Source: the human T2T-CHM13v2.0 reference genome, Homo sapiens
DNA length: 64,000 nt
Direction: 5' to 3' (one strand)
NCBI RefSeq assembly: GCF_009914755.1
Contig: NC_060925.1
Shown: positions 10,867 through 24,194 of the stretch, piece after piece
Layout of the letters: each line of letters begins with the position of its first letter
How positions within the stretch are numbered: the stretch's first letter is position 1
The notes under the pieces: generated by a model
What the model was told of the DNA's origin: nothing
What the model saw: the letters and a program-made list of their open reading frames with translations, nothing else
Databases searched by the model: none
Position numbers and translations under genes: made by a program

Positions 10867-13798
10867 ATAAGGTACCACCTTTCTATTTGCATTGCTGTAC
10901 CTCTAAAATATAATTGTAGGGGTAATCAGAGTCTTCAAAGGGATTCTCATTTAAATTCTGACTATATATTATTTCATTATTTTACTACATTTCTCATTCA
11001 TTTATCAATATATAATTGGACATGCCACTGGATTCTAAGTCCTTCAATACTCACAAAATATGCATTCATGAAATCATTTCTGTCTTCAGGAAGATTACTG
11101 TTTTTCATCGGTGCAAATATGGTGTATGTGAGGAGGTATCCAGACAAGGAGAGATGAATACAACAGTATGTTCGTACCTTCTATTCCAGTTTCCTTTCAC
11201 AATTTTCCACTACGACTAATGACCATAACTTAGGATTGATATTCAAAATCCCTGTTTCTTTCCATAGCTAGTGTCTTGACATATGCTACTTCCTTTTTTT
11301 AGAATCCCTTACTCTCATCTCTTCATTTGCCCCAATATATTTCTGGGCCAACCAAAATCCCCCTTCCTCAGAAAAATACTGCACTGATATTCTCCTCCTG
11401 CCATAGAACACATCATGCCAAGGTGTCCTGAACATTCCTCTTTATTTTATTTAGAACATTTATTAAAATTCTAATAATAAAGTGTTTTTCAACCACACTT
11501 GATAATAAGTACAGTTTATAGATTTCTTGTCCAGAGAACATCAGACAAAGGTGAACTAATGAATTTATATCTAAGTGTTCCAATTGAATCCCAGCCTGCT
11601 TTTGGTCATGATATGACCAGTGGAGTCACCTCCACCTAGGGAACAGAAGACTATGATCTACAGTGAGAGGGAAGGTGATGAAAGAGAAAGGCAAGAGGAG
11701 AATCATGTCACCACTCTTTTAGTTGAAGACATGTCACCATACAGACTAGTTGAAGACAGATTACCTATATACAGGAGTTCTCAATTCGTGGTCGTTTTTT
11801 GGTTTGTTTATGTTTTTGTTATTTTTGATAAGCCCGAGAATCACATTTTCCTCAATAAATTATATGTAATTTATTTGAGAGTCAAAGCTAGCATGTCCTC
11901 TTTAGCCATCTTGGCTTAGGTGACCATGGATGGAACGCATATGTAGTCATTACCAGCTCAGACCCACTTTTCTGTTACTTAATAGACATAATTGAACATC
12001 GCAGGACAACATTCTGGAAAAGAACTTATTTTTCCTGCATTTTGGCTTTGAAGGGACTACGCAAAGTTTGCCTAGGTTCTACCATTTTAAATACGCATTA
12101 TGGTCTGTTTCTATAGCCGTTAGATTTATTTGACTGCATCTAAACCTCCCTTAGCCAAGGAATCCCAGCTAGGGTCCTATGTCTCCTACACCTAACCACC
12201 CATATAACCATTTCTTCTTTGATATCTAGCACTTCCACAGGATGCCTGGAAAATACATCCTGTTACTTCCTCTGTGATTCACTAGCTCTGAAAGAAGTCC
12301 TTGCTTTTGTATATCATAGATCATCCCAATAATACTGTTTGTATTAATTATTAATTTGTATAAATTTTTCTATGCTTTTGGATTTAAAGTCAAAGGCAGA
12401 CCATTCTTATTTTTCATCTTTTGTCATGACTCTCCTAAATCAAAGAGCCCAGAATGGTTGGGAAAACAAATGGAGATATTACTGGCTCAGAATTACTATA
12501 TGGGAAAAAACGAAGCTATTAGTTTTATTCCCAATCACTACAACTTTATCTGGGTTTTCCACAAGAGGATCAACATAAATCATAATTCATTTCTGGATCA
12601 GGCTGACATAAAAACCTTGCATAGTCTTTAAATAACAATGAAAACAATATTTTTCTAACTGAGCTTCTACTGGGTAAAGCTGAAAGTGAAAGTTATGTTT
12701 TTATGTATATGATTGCATTTACTCTTCAATACACCTCTTATGAGCACAGTAGAAAGACCATGTTCCAGGGAAAAAACGTGTTCTGCTCTAGACAAGTTAA
12801 GTTTGAGATTCCCACAGGACATCTAAGAATTATCCATCTGATATATAGAGCTTAAACTTGGGTAATTTTGGCTGGGCCTTTTACTGAATTACATCAATAG
12901 AGACATAGTTGTTAAAACAGTGGATGTGACTAAAAGTACCTAATAGAATGGAAATAATGATGTCTCTCATTTACTGAGTATGCAGAATGACTCAGGCTAT
13001 TCTAAGGGTTTTTCAATAATTATCTTCATTAATCCTTTATAATCCAATTGTTTCACATATTAGCTCATTCAATTATTTGTGGTACACAATGAACGGAAGA
13101 GGGAGTTAAATTTGAGGGTGGCCAACATACCTCATAACAGTCCTAAATTACCAAGGATGTCCCTAAGCAAATCAGAACACAAAGGTAGCTGTCTTTTGTG
13201 AGAAACATCTCTGTGTAGACAGAGATGGTTGGATCTACATGACAAAGTTTATGCTGTTTGTCACATATATTCATGTGGGATTCTTGGAACAAATAAAGGC
13301 TAATATTGGAATGCAAAAAGATCAGAATAAAGGCTAACACATTCAGACACACAAAAATGCAAAGGCTTTCTGATTGCTCCAGTTCTCAGGGCCCTTAGTC
13401 AAAAGTCCCAAGCCTTCCTTGACAGCAGTTGCACCAGGAATACATTTTGTACACGCCTCCTACCTTTCTGCCCAATGAGAAGTTTCCCTTTAGCCCTTGT
13501 CGTTGGACACACCAGCTCCTTTCTCTATCTTATTGTTCCCTGACATCTCCTGCCCTTTCACGTGGGCTCATGCTGGGTAGGAGTGAATATCGCATTTCAT
13601 GGTCCCAACAGAGGGGGAAGATGTGACTCCAAGGACAGGATTCATTAAAGGAGATAGATGAGAATGAGAAAAGAGTGCTTCAGATGGAAATAGAAGAAGA
13701 GATGTGGCTCACAGGGAGGAGAGGCAGTGTGATTGAAGAAAGAAATGTATGACTCCCTGCATCTCAACGGGTTTATTTTTATCTCTTTATGCTTCAAG

Positions 13799-13825
13799 GT
13801 CACCAAGGACAAGGATATCAAATAA
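13799..13825 (+). CDS. PYHIN1: PYHIN1 terminal exon: codes VTKDKDIK* in beta (exon-skipping) isoforms and is 3'UTR in alpha
   Basis: Polypyrimidine tract tttatttttatctctttatgcttcaag|GTC ACC AAG GAC AAG GAT ATC AAA TAA; phase 0, like the skipped exon. Confidence 0.85.
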   Translation, partial: VTKDKDIK

Positions 13826-14135
13826 CTACTGTTCAATCTTTACTCAAGTGTGGAAATTTTGCCTGAAGTCCTCCACCTAAAAACCTGATGCCATTGGTAA
13901 TGATGTTTATGAAGATAAGATCAAAGCACAGAAAATAATATATGTATATATATGTATATATATCTGGTTGAAATACTATATATATATATATATATACCAG
14001 CTATTAATTCTAGGAAATGGAGTATTAAGGGTGCATTTTATTTCATTAGTTTTACTTTTATGCATTTTCTTCATATCATATTTTGCATTCAGAATTTTCA
14101 TAATTTGAAAAAAAATAAACTTTTTTTTTCTTAAA
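13826..14135 (+). terminator. PYHIN1: PYHIN1 3'UTR with (TA)n tracts and polyadenylation signal AATAAA at 14114-14119
   Basis: AU-rich UTR, AATAAA followed by a T-rich tract; the cleavage site is approximate. Confidence 0.75.
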
Positions 14136-14714
14136 GAGTGCTTCCATAGGAGTTTCTTTAATCTATCTGTGAGTTATGTAAAAGCAAATAAACTGTGGCC
14201 TGCAAGTCAGGGTGGGGCACACAGATTTATAGTTTGGATGGGATCTTTAAGGAATAGGCCCTGGTTAAGACTGAACTGACTGTGCCCTGCCCAAATAATC
14301 CAGACCAAGGGGCAGGTAGGGGTGAAATCCAGCCTATGATTCTGTTGCAAGCACTGTGTCCTGGGAAGGAGTTGCTCTAGCCAAAACTAGAGATATCTTT
14401 TCAGAATTGGACTCCTGGAGGGGGAATAATTGGGTAATTTTCTTGCCAAACCAGGCACTTTCTGGTGATGTGCATGAAGGCACTTGCCTATGTTAGAGGA
14501 ATTCCTGGCCCTGTTTGATGTAAATTATCTGGTTCTATACATTTCCTTCAGCACCAACAGCTCCTCAGGAGCTCTCCCACCATATTTCCTCTTCTCACAT
14601 TCCACTATATGAATCCATCAGAAAGTTGCCCAGGCAGACAGTTAACTTAGGCAAACTGAAGAATAATTAATTTATTTTAGAGTAGAATGGCAGAAAGTCA
14701 GTATCTAAAACTTA

Positions 14715-14920
14715 CAATGTATTTATGGATCATATATTTGGCACCTGGTGTAATTATTTTGTGTCATTTAATCTTCACCGTAGCTCTAGAAGGTTGACAG
14801 TTTTCTCCTTTTTACTCTCCATATATAAAGAAAAAAGGGCACAGAAAGCAAATTTACTTTCGAAGTGACACTTAGGTGGTCTTATATAGTCCTTGATTTA
14901 ACATCCAGGTCTGTTGTTCT
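14715..14920 (-). mobile_element. MIR fragment
   Basis: atttatggatcatatatttggcacc...tcatttaatcttcac...catccaggtctg is MIR-like. Confidence 0.5.
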
Positions 14921-16214
14921 GGCTTGGGTTAGGTGTGCTAATGTTGGGAGAACAGGGATAAGATGCAAATTAAACAATGAATAAGACGGATTCCACCTAA
15001 GATGGAGAAAGCTGAAAAGAGCCTCACTCTCACCCTTACAATTATGAAAAAGTAGATAAATGCAAAATAGCAATCTTCTGTACTCATCAGAGAACTGTGG
15101 TGATCTGAAGCTATATATGCCCAATTAATCTAAGGAAAAGAGGCATTAAAGTTCTGCCTTTATGGTTTGGACCAACAATCCAAGGAATAAATATAGTTTT
15201 TTTTCCCTCTTGCCCTGCACCTTTCCGATTATGTCTTTTATCAGACATAAAGGTAAGAAAGTATGATAGATTCAGATACCATGAATAAGGTTTTTCAGAC
15301 ATTCTTTATTGCCAAATATCATTGCTAATATTCATATGTGTGTGTGTGTCTATACATATATATATATGATAATTTGGTTCACTTGGGAAAATCAAATTTT
15401 GAAGGATGTTTTGAAGCCACCGAATTTTTTCCTCATGTGCAGTGAAAAAACTGAAATTCAGAGATTGAGTGAAGTGGTCAAAATCACATCATTCAGCTAG
15501 TTAGGAAACAGATTTCATCTTGAGAAGATGTCACAAACTGCTAAAACATCCTCCAAATTCAAATTTGACTTATGGACACTGAGAAAATAACTGCTTTATA
15601 TGCAAATGATATTGGTATTCTGAGCTACTCAAATACATAATATTCATATTACTTTACATAAACTAGGTATAATGGACCACTCTTGAGTATGTAGATGATG
15701 GTAATTAACAGTTAGAGAATGGGTCATTTAGGTGCTTTGTCTAATGTGTTTGCTGATTTCTCCCTGAAATTTTAACTTCTAAGGATAGTCATGTCTGTAA
15801 ATGAGATAGGAAAGAAATTATCTTCCACCCAAAAGAATTAGCCTGTTCACTGTGTTTTAATTTAAACAGCGTCAACCTCTAATGCCTTGACCCCACTCTA
15901 TCTTATATTTTTATATCTTACTACACATCAGAGCTCCTACTTGGGACCACAAGTAGGTGAGAATCTGGGGCTTCCCCTAACTTTGAAATGTGTGAACCAA
16001 AGAGAAAGACAGAACAGCTCACAGAGATCTAACCTACCCTCATAGACATCTTAGAGATCAGTTTGTACCAAGTGGTTCTCTGCAAGAGGCAGTGAAATAG
16101 CTCTGAGAGGATCTCTAGTGTATTAGCAAATGATTATGATTGGAAGAGGCAAATCCAACACTGTTAGCAACATTATTTCTCTAAAACCACATAGTGAGGC
16201 ATGTATTCGAATTT

Positions 16215-16790
16215 TATGATGATAAGAGCACGTGAGATCAACCACTTAACAAATTTCAAGTTTACAATACAGTATTAGGAACTATAAGCACAGTGTTGTG
16301 CAGCAGATCTACAGAGCTTATTCATCTGGCATATCTGAAGTTGTATACCCATCGAATAGCAGCTTCCATTTCCCCCTTCCTCCAGCCCCAGCTAACCACC
16401 ATTTTATTTTCTGCTCCTGTAAGTTTGGCTATTATAGATACTCTACATAAGTGGACTCATGCAGTATTTATTCTCTTATGAGTGGCTTATTACACTTAGC
16501 ATAATGCCCTCAAGTTTTATTCATGCTGTAACTATTGCAGAATTTCATTCATGCTGTAACTATTGCAGAATTTCCTTCATTAAGAAAGAATAACATTCCA
16601 TTATATATACACACCACATTTTCTTATCTATTCATTCAAAACTGGGACATTTAGGTAGTTTTCACATCTTGTCTATTTTGAATAATACTGTAATGTACAT
16701 GGGAGCACTAGTAATATCTCTTCAACTCCTATTTTAATTATTTTGCATAAATACCAAGAAGAATAAATCTTGGGTCATATGATATTCATA
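16215..16790 (-). mobile_element. Old L1 (L1MA-like) 3' portion; resumes at ~24025-24190 after the younger L1 insertion
   Basis: Reverse L1 3'UTR/ORF2 end. It stops at tgggtcatatgatattcata and continues as tttttaattttttaagaaacctc at ~24027, the next segment of the L1 consensus. Confidence 0.75.
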
Positions 16791-17130
16791 TTTTTTTCTT
16801 CCAACTTTTATTTTAGATTTAGGGGCTACATGTGCAGGTTTGTTACATCAATACATTACATGTTGCTGGGATTGGCATACAAATGATTTTGTCACCTAGG
16901 TAGTAAGCACAGTACCTGATAGGTAGTTTTTCAGTCTTCACCCTCCTCCCACCCTCGACCTTTAAGTAAACCACCAGTGTCTATTGTGCTTCTTTTTGTG
17001 TCCTTGTGTACTCAATGTTTAGCTCCTACTTATTAGTAAAAACAAGTGGTATTTGGTTTTCTGTTCCTGTGTTATTTTGCTTCAGATAATGCCTTGCAGC
17101 TGCATCTATGTTCCTGCAAAGGACATGATT

Positions 17131-18149
17131 TGTTGCAGGAAGTCAGGGACCCCAAATGGAGGGACTGGCTGGAGCCACAGCAGAGGAACGTAAATTGTGA
17201 AGATTTTGTGGACATTTATCAGTTCCCAAATAATACTTTTATAATTTCTTATGCTTGTCCTTACTTAAATCTCTTAATCCTGTTATCTTCATAAGCTGAG
17301 GATGTATCTTATCTCAGGACCACTGTGATAATTGTTAACTGTACAGATTGATTGTAAAACATGTGAGTTTGAAAAATATGAAATCAGTGCATCTTGAAAA
17401 AGAACAGAATAGTAGCGATTTTTAGGGAAGACAACCGTAAGCTCTGACTGCCTGCGGGTTTGGGCAAAACGAGCCATATTTTTCTTCTTGCAGACAGCCT
17501 ATAAATGGATGTGCAAGTAGGAAAGATATTGCTAAATTCTTTTCCTAGCAAGGAATATTAATATTAATACCCTGGGAATGGAATGCGTTCCTGGGGAGAG
17601 ATCTATAAACGGCTGCTCTGGGAATGTCTGACTTGTGCAGTTGAGATAAGGACTGAGATACACCCTGGTCTCCTGCAGAACCCTCAGGCTTACTAGGGTT
17701 GGGGAAACTCCGCCCTGGTAAATTTGTGGTCAGACCGGTTCGCTGCTCTCGAACCCTGTGTTCTGTTGTTTAAGATGTTTATCAAGACAATACATGCACC
17801 GCTGAACATAGACACTTATCAGTGGTTCTGCTTTTACCCTTTGTCCCGTTCCCTCAGAAGTATGTGATCTTTGTTAGACCTTTACTAGTGGTTCTGCTTT
17901 TTGCCCTTTAAAGCATGTTATCTTTGTACCTACTCCCTGTTCTTACACCCCCTCCCTTTTGAAACCCTTAACAAAAACTTGCTGGTCTGAGACTCAGGCG
18001 GGCATCATGGTCCTACCGATACATGAAGTCACCCCTCGTGGCCCAGCTGTAAAATTCCTCTTTGTACTGTCTTTATTTCTCAGCTGGCTGACACTTGTGG
18101 AAAATAGAAAGAACCTACATTGAAATATTGGAGTCAGGTTCCCCCAGTA
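17131..18149 (+). mobile_element. MER11 (HERV-K11/HML-8) solo LTR
   Basis: Begins tgttgcaggaagtcagggacccc, ends caggttcccccagta; 6-bp TSD ATGATT at 17125-17130 and 18150-18155. Confidence 0.9.
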
Positions 18150-18290
18150 ATGATTTTGTATTTTTATGGCTCCGTAGTGTACCATGTTGTATACGTACCA
18201 CATTTGCTTTATCTAAACCACTGTTAATGGCCATCTAGATTGATTCCATGTCATTACTATTATGAAAAGTGCAATAAGCATACACATGTA

Positions 18291-18572
<282 letters not shown>

Positions 18573-21500
18573 GAAACCATATACAAGCACGTATCTTTTA
18601 GTAGAACAATTTATATTCCTTTGGGTATATACCAGTAATGGGATTGCTGGGTCAAATGTTAGTTCTGTTTTAAGTTATTTGAGAAATCTCCAAACTGTTT
18701 TCAACAGTCGCTGAAGTATTCAGCAAATAGCATCAGGATCACTGGCTAGCTGTATGAAGAAAATTAAAACTGGACCTCTTCCTTTCACCATATAAAAAAA
18801 TATGGCATATAATTGGCATTTCCACCCTCAATGTATAAATGTTCCCTTTTCTCTACAACCTCACCAGCATCAGTTATTTTTTGACTTTTTAATAGCAGCT
18901 ATTCTGACTGGTGTGAGCTGGTCTCTCCCTGTAGTTTTGATTTGCATTTCTCTAATGATTAGTGATATTGAGCATTTTTCACATGCTTGTTAGTTGCATG
19001 GATCCTCTTTTGAGAAAGATCTATTCATGGCTTTTAACCATTTTTAATGAAACTGTTTGGTTTTTGCTTGTTGATTTAAGTTCCTTATAGAGTCTAGATA
19101 TTAGACCTTTCTCAGAAATCATAGTTTGCAAATACTTTCTCCCATTCTGTAGACTATCTTTTTATTCTGTTGATAGTCTAATTTGCTGTACAGAAGATCT
19201 TTAATTAGATCTCACTTGTCAATTTTTGTTGTTGTTGCTACATTTGCTTTTGGAGTCTTTGTCATGAAGTCTTTGCCAAGGCTAATGTCCAGAATAGTAT
19301 TTCCTAGATTTCTTCTAGGGCATTTACAGTTTTAGGTTTTACATATATAAGTTTTTTTTAACTTTATATTGAGTAGATTTTTTATATGGTGAAAGGAAGG
19401 GTTCCAGTTTTAATTTTCTGTATATAACTAGCCAGTTATCCTGACACTGCTTGTTGAATAGGAAGTACTGTTTCCATTACTTGTTATTGTCAACTTTGTT
19501 GAAGATCCAATGGTTGTAGGTGTGCAGCTTTATTTCTGGGTTCTCTAACCTGTTCCATTGGTCTATGTATCTGTTTTGTTCTAGCACCATGCTACTTTGG
19601 TGACTGTAACTTTGTAGTATAGTTTGAATTTGGATAGTGTGATGCCTCCAGCTTTGTGGTTTCTGCATAGGATTATTTTGGTTATTTGGGATCTTTTTTG
19701 GGTTCCATATAAATTTTAGAATAGTTTTTCTAATTCTGTGAAAAATGACATTGGTAGTTTGATCAGAATAACATTGAATCTGTAAATTGCTCTGGAGAAT
19801 ATAGCCATTTTAACAATATTGATTCTTCCTATCCATGAGAATGAAATGTCTTTCCATTTGTTTGTATCATCTCTAATTTCTTTTAGCAGCATTTTGTAAC
19901 TCTTGTTGTAGAAATCTTTTACCTCCCAGGTTAGCTGTATTCCTATGTGTTTATTCTTTGTGTGGCTATTGTGAAAGGAACTATGTTCTTGGTTTGGCTT
20001 TCAGCTTGGGTATTATTAGTTGTATAGAAATGCTACTAATTTTTGTACATTGATTTTGTATCCTGAGACTTTGCTGAAGTTGTTTATAATTTCTGGGAAA
20101 TTTGGGGCAAAGGCTATGGGGTTTTCTGGGTATAGAATCATATTACCTGCAAAAGGAGGTAGTTTGACTTCCTTTCTTTCTATTTGGACGTCTTTTATTT
20201 TTTTTTCTCTTGCCTGACTGCTCTGGCTAGAACTTCCAGTGCTATGTTGAACCAGGAGTAGTGAGAGTAGGCAACTTTGTCTTGTTCTGGTTCTCAAGAG
20301 GTATGATTTCAGCTTTTGCCTATTTGTGATATGATGTTGGCTGTGGTTTTGTCATAGATGTCTCATTTTGAGGTATGTTCCTTTGATACCTAGTTTGTTG
20401 AGGGTTTTTAACATGAAAGAATGTTGAATTTATTGAAACCTTTTCTGCATCTATTTAGATAATCACGTGATTTTTGTTTTTAGTTCTGTTTATGTGATAA
20501 ATCACATTTACCAATTTGCGTATGTTGAACCAACTTTGCATTCCAGGGGTAAAGCTTACTTGATCATGGTGGCTTAGCTTTTGCTGTGCTGCTGGATTTA
20601 GTTTGCTAGTATTTTTTTTTGAGGACTTTTGCATCAATATTTATCAGGCATATTGTCCTGAATTTGTTTTTCCTTTGTGTTTCTGTCAGGTTTTGGTATC
20701 AGAATAATGCTGACCTCATAGAATGATTCAGGGCAGAGTCTCCGCTCCTCAATATTTTGGAATAATTTTGGTAGGATTGGTATCAGCTCCTCCTTATCTA
20801 TCAGGTAGAATTCAGATGTGAATCTGTCTGATCCATGGCTTTTGTTGGTTTGTAGGTATTTTATTATGGATTCAATTTCAGAACTTGTTATTGATCTGTT
20901 TAGGTATTCAATGTCTTCCTGGTTCAATCTTGGCAGGTTGTATGTTTTCAGGAATTTATCTGTTTCTTCTAGATTTTCTAGTTTTTCAGCATAGAAATTG
21001 TTCATAATGGTCTTTGAGAGTTTTTTGTATTTCTGTGGGTTCCATGGTAATGTCCCCTTTGTCATTTCTAATTGTATTTATTTGGATCTTCTCCTGTTTT
21101 TTTTTTTTTTTTTGTATATTAATCTGGCTAGTGGTCTATATATCTTATTCTTTCAAAAAACCAATTTTTAGTTTTCTTAATTATTTTTGTGAATTTTCAC
21201 ATCTCAATTTTATTTGGTTCAACTTAGATTTTGATTATTATTTTTCTTCTGCTAGTTTGGGGGTTGGTTTCCTTTTGTTTTTTCTAGTTCCTGTAAATGT
21301 GATGTTAGGTATAAATTTAAGATATTTCTGACTTTTTGATGTAGGCCTTTAGTGCTATAAACTTTTCTCTTAACACTGCTTTAGCTGTGTCCCAGAGACT
21401 CTGATATATTGTATTTTTGTTTTCATTAGTTTCAAAGATTTCTTGATTTCTGCATTAATTTAATTTATTACCCAAAAGTCATTCAGGAGTAAGTTGTTTA

Positions 21501-24194
21501 ATTTCCAAATACTTCTATGATTTTCAGAGATCTTCTTGGTATTGATTTGTATTTTTGTTGCACTGTGATCTGAGAGTGTGGTTGATATAATTTCTGTTTT
21601 TTGAATTTCCTGAGCATTGCTTTATGGCCAAGCATGTGGCCAAGCATGTGGCACAGAGTATGTGCCATGTGCAGATGAGAAGAATGTATATTCTGTTGTT
21701 GAGTGGAATGTTCCTTATATGTCTGTTAGGTCAATTTAGTCAAGTGTGAAATTTTGTTCCTGAATATCTTTGTTAGTTTTCTCCCTCAATGATTTATCTA
21801 ACAATGTTAGTAGGGTGTTGTATTCTCCCACTATTATTGTGAGGTTAGCTAGTTCTCTTCATAGGTCTCTAAGAACTTGTTTTATGAATCTGGTTGTGCC
21901 AGTGCTGAATGCACACATCTTTAGGATAGTTAAGTCTTGTTTGTAGAATTGAACTTTTTATCATTATGTGATGCCCTTCTTCATCCTCTTTGATAGCTTT
22001 TGGTTTAAGGTCTGTTTTTTTTTTCCTGAAATAAAAGAGCAACCCCTGCTCTATTTTGTTTGTTTTCCATTTGCTTTATAGATATTCCTCCATCCATTTA
22101 ATTTAAGCCTGTGTCTTTACATGTAAGGTGGGTCTCTTGAAGACAGCATGTAATTGAGTCTTGCTTCTTTATCCAACTTACCATTCTGTGCCTTTTAAGT
22201 GGAGTGGTTAGCCTGCTTATGTTCAAGGTTAATATTGATATGTAAGGATTTGATCCTGTCATAGTGTTATTAGCTGGTTGTTATGTAGACTTGATTGTAT
22301 AGTTGCATATTGTGTCAGTGGAATATTTACTTAAGTGTGTTGTTTTGTGGCAGGTAGCAGCCTTTTGTTTCCATGTTCAGCACTCCCTGAAGGACCTCTT
22401 ATAAGGCAGGCCTAATGGTAACAAATTCGCTTAGTGTTTGTTTGTCTGAAAAGGATTATGTTTCTTTTTCACTTACAAAGCTTGGTTCGGCTGGATATGA
22501 AATCATGGTTAGAATTTCTTTTGTTTAAGAATGCTGAATGTAGGCCTTTAATCTTTTCTGGCTTGAAAAATTTCTGCTGAAAGGTCCACTGTTAGTGTGA
22601 TAAGGTTTCCCTTTGTACATGATCTGCCTCTTCTCTTTTGCTGCCTTTCATATGTTTTATTTACCTTGATCTTGGAGAATTGGATAACTATGTGTCTTAG
22701 GGATTGTCATCTTGTGTAATATCTTGCTGGGGTACTCTGAATTTCCTGAATTTACATGTCAACCTCTCTAGCAAGGTCAGGTAAATTTTCAGGGACAATA
22801 TCTTCAAATATGTTCTCCAAGTTGCTTGGTCTCTCTCCCTCTCTTTCTGTGATGCAAATCAGTTGTAGGTTTGGTCTCTTTACATAAACTCATATTTCTT
22901 GAAGTTTCGTTCATATTTTATTATTTTTTCCTTTATTTTTATCTGACTGAGTTGATTTGAAGAACTGATCTTCAAGCTCTGAGATTTCTTTCCTCAGCTT
23001 TCCTCAGCTTCTGCTGTTAGTACTTCCAATTATATTATGAAATTTTTGTAGTGAGTTTTCAGCTCTAGTAGGTTAGTTTGGTTCTTTCTTAAAATGGCTA
23101 TTTTATCTTTAAGCTTTTGTATTATTTTATTGGATTTCTTAGATTCCTTTGATTGGGTTTCTGCTTTCTCCTATATTTCAAGAATCTTCATTGCCATCTA
23201 GACTTTGCTGGGTAGGTAGCATGGTAGTTTGGAGGTAAGACACTCTGGTTTCTACAGTGCCAGAGTTCTTGCACTGGTTCTTTCCCATCTGTGTGGGCTA
23301 ATATTTTGCTAGTCTTTGCAGTTGCTGTTCTTTGGATGGGGCTCTTTTATTTTATATTCTTTGATGTCCTTGAGTGTCTAGCTGTGCTATAAGTTGGGTT
23401 TAGTTGATCGGCTTTGTTTCTGGATAATTTCATGGGTCCAAGGATCAGCTCAGCACTGTTAGGCTGTGTGCTCTACCCCTAGGGGTCTGAAACTAGGCCA
23501 ACACCTTTTTTTCTGACCACTTGAGGTAAAGGACCTGCTGCACTGAAGGGGCTGAGGTGTTCTCAGTCTACTGTCTAAACCATCTATGTGGGGACATGCT
23601 GGCAAAAATGCTTTGGTGGGACAGCAATTGTGGGTCAGTGCTGCCAAGGCCATGCTGAAAGTTGGTGCAGCGAGGCAGAAACTCTGAGAAAGGCCAGCAG
23701 ATGGGGACACTCTGATCAAACCAGCCCCACCCTTTGAGCAGATAGTTCATTTCTATCCAGCCCTTGCAGCCAACAAAGGCTAAAGCCACCTAGAGGAGTA
23801 TGGCAAGACTTAAGGGATGGGCGTCCATGTCCATGCTCCACTGCAGCCATTCCTGTGCCAAACCCTCTGTCTGCGCAATCTGGAGTTCTGTCTCTGCCAA
23901 CTCTCTTGGCACTTTTAGCCAGCTCAGATGTCTGTGGGAGTTATGGGATCTCCTACAGCTAGGATTCTGGAAGTCCATGGTGAGAGTGGGCCACTCTACA
24001 CCTATTTCATGCAACACTTTCCCACATTTTTAATTTTTTAAGAAACCTCTATAATGTTTTCCTTAGTGATTATACCATTGTGCATTCCCATAAATAGCAT
24101 ATAAGGGTTACAATTTCTCAACATCCTTACCAATACCTGTTATCTTTTTTGTTTGTTTGTTGATACTAGACATCCTAACAGTTGTGAGGTGATG

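Larger units (their letters stand above)
8990..11985 (+). repeat. Ancient ~1.5-kb tandem duplication (two exon+intron units), with a third partial copy at ~6480-6800
   Basis: Colinear shared blocks: ttttactatatttctcattcattta (9476) vs tttactacatttctcattcattta (10981); agttgaagacag (6569, 10286, 11748); tcat-t-ccagctcaga-cca-tttt (6767, 10467, 11947). Confidence 0.85.

Noticed and set aside
16520-16575. 28-bp tandem duplication inside an old L1
   Set aside because: Real, but an ordinary slippage event in dead repeat DNA.
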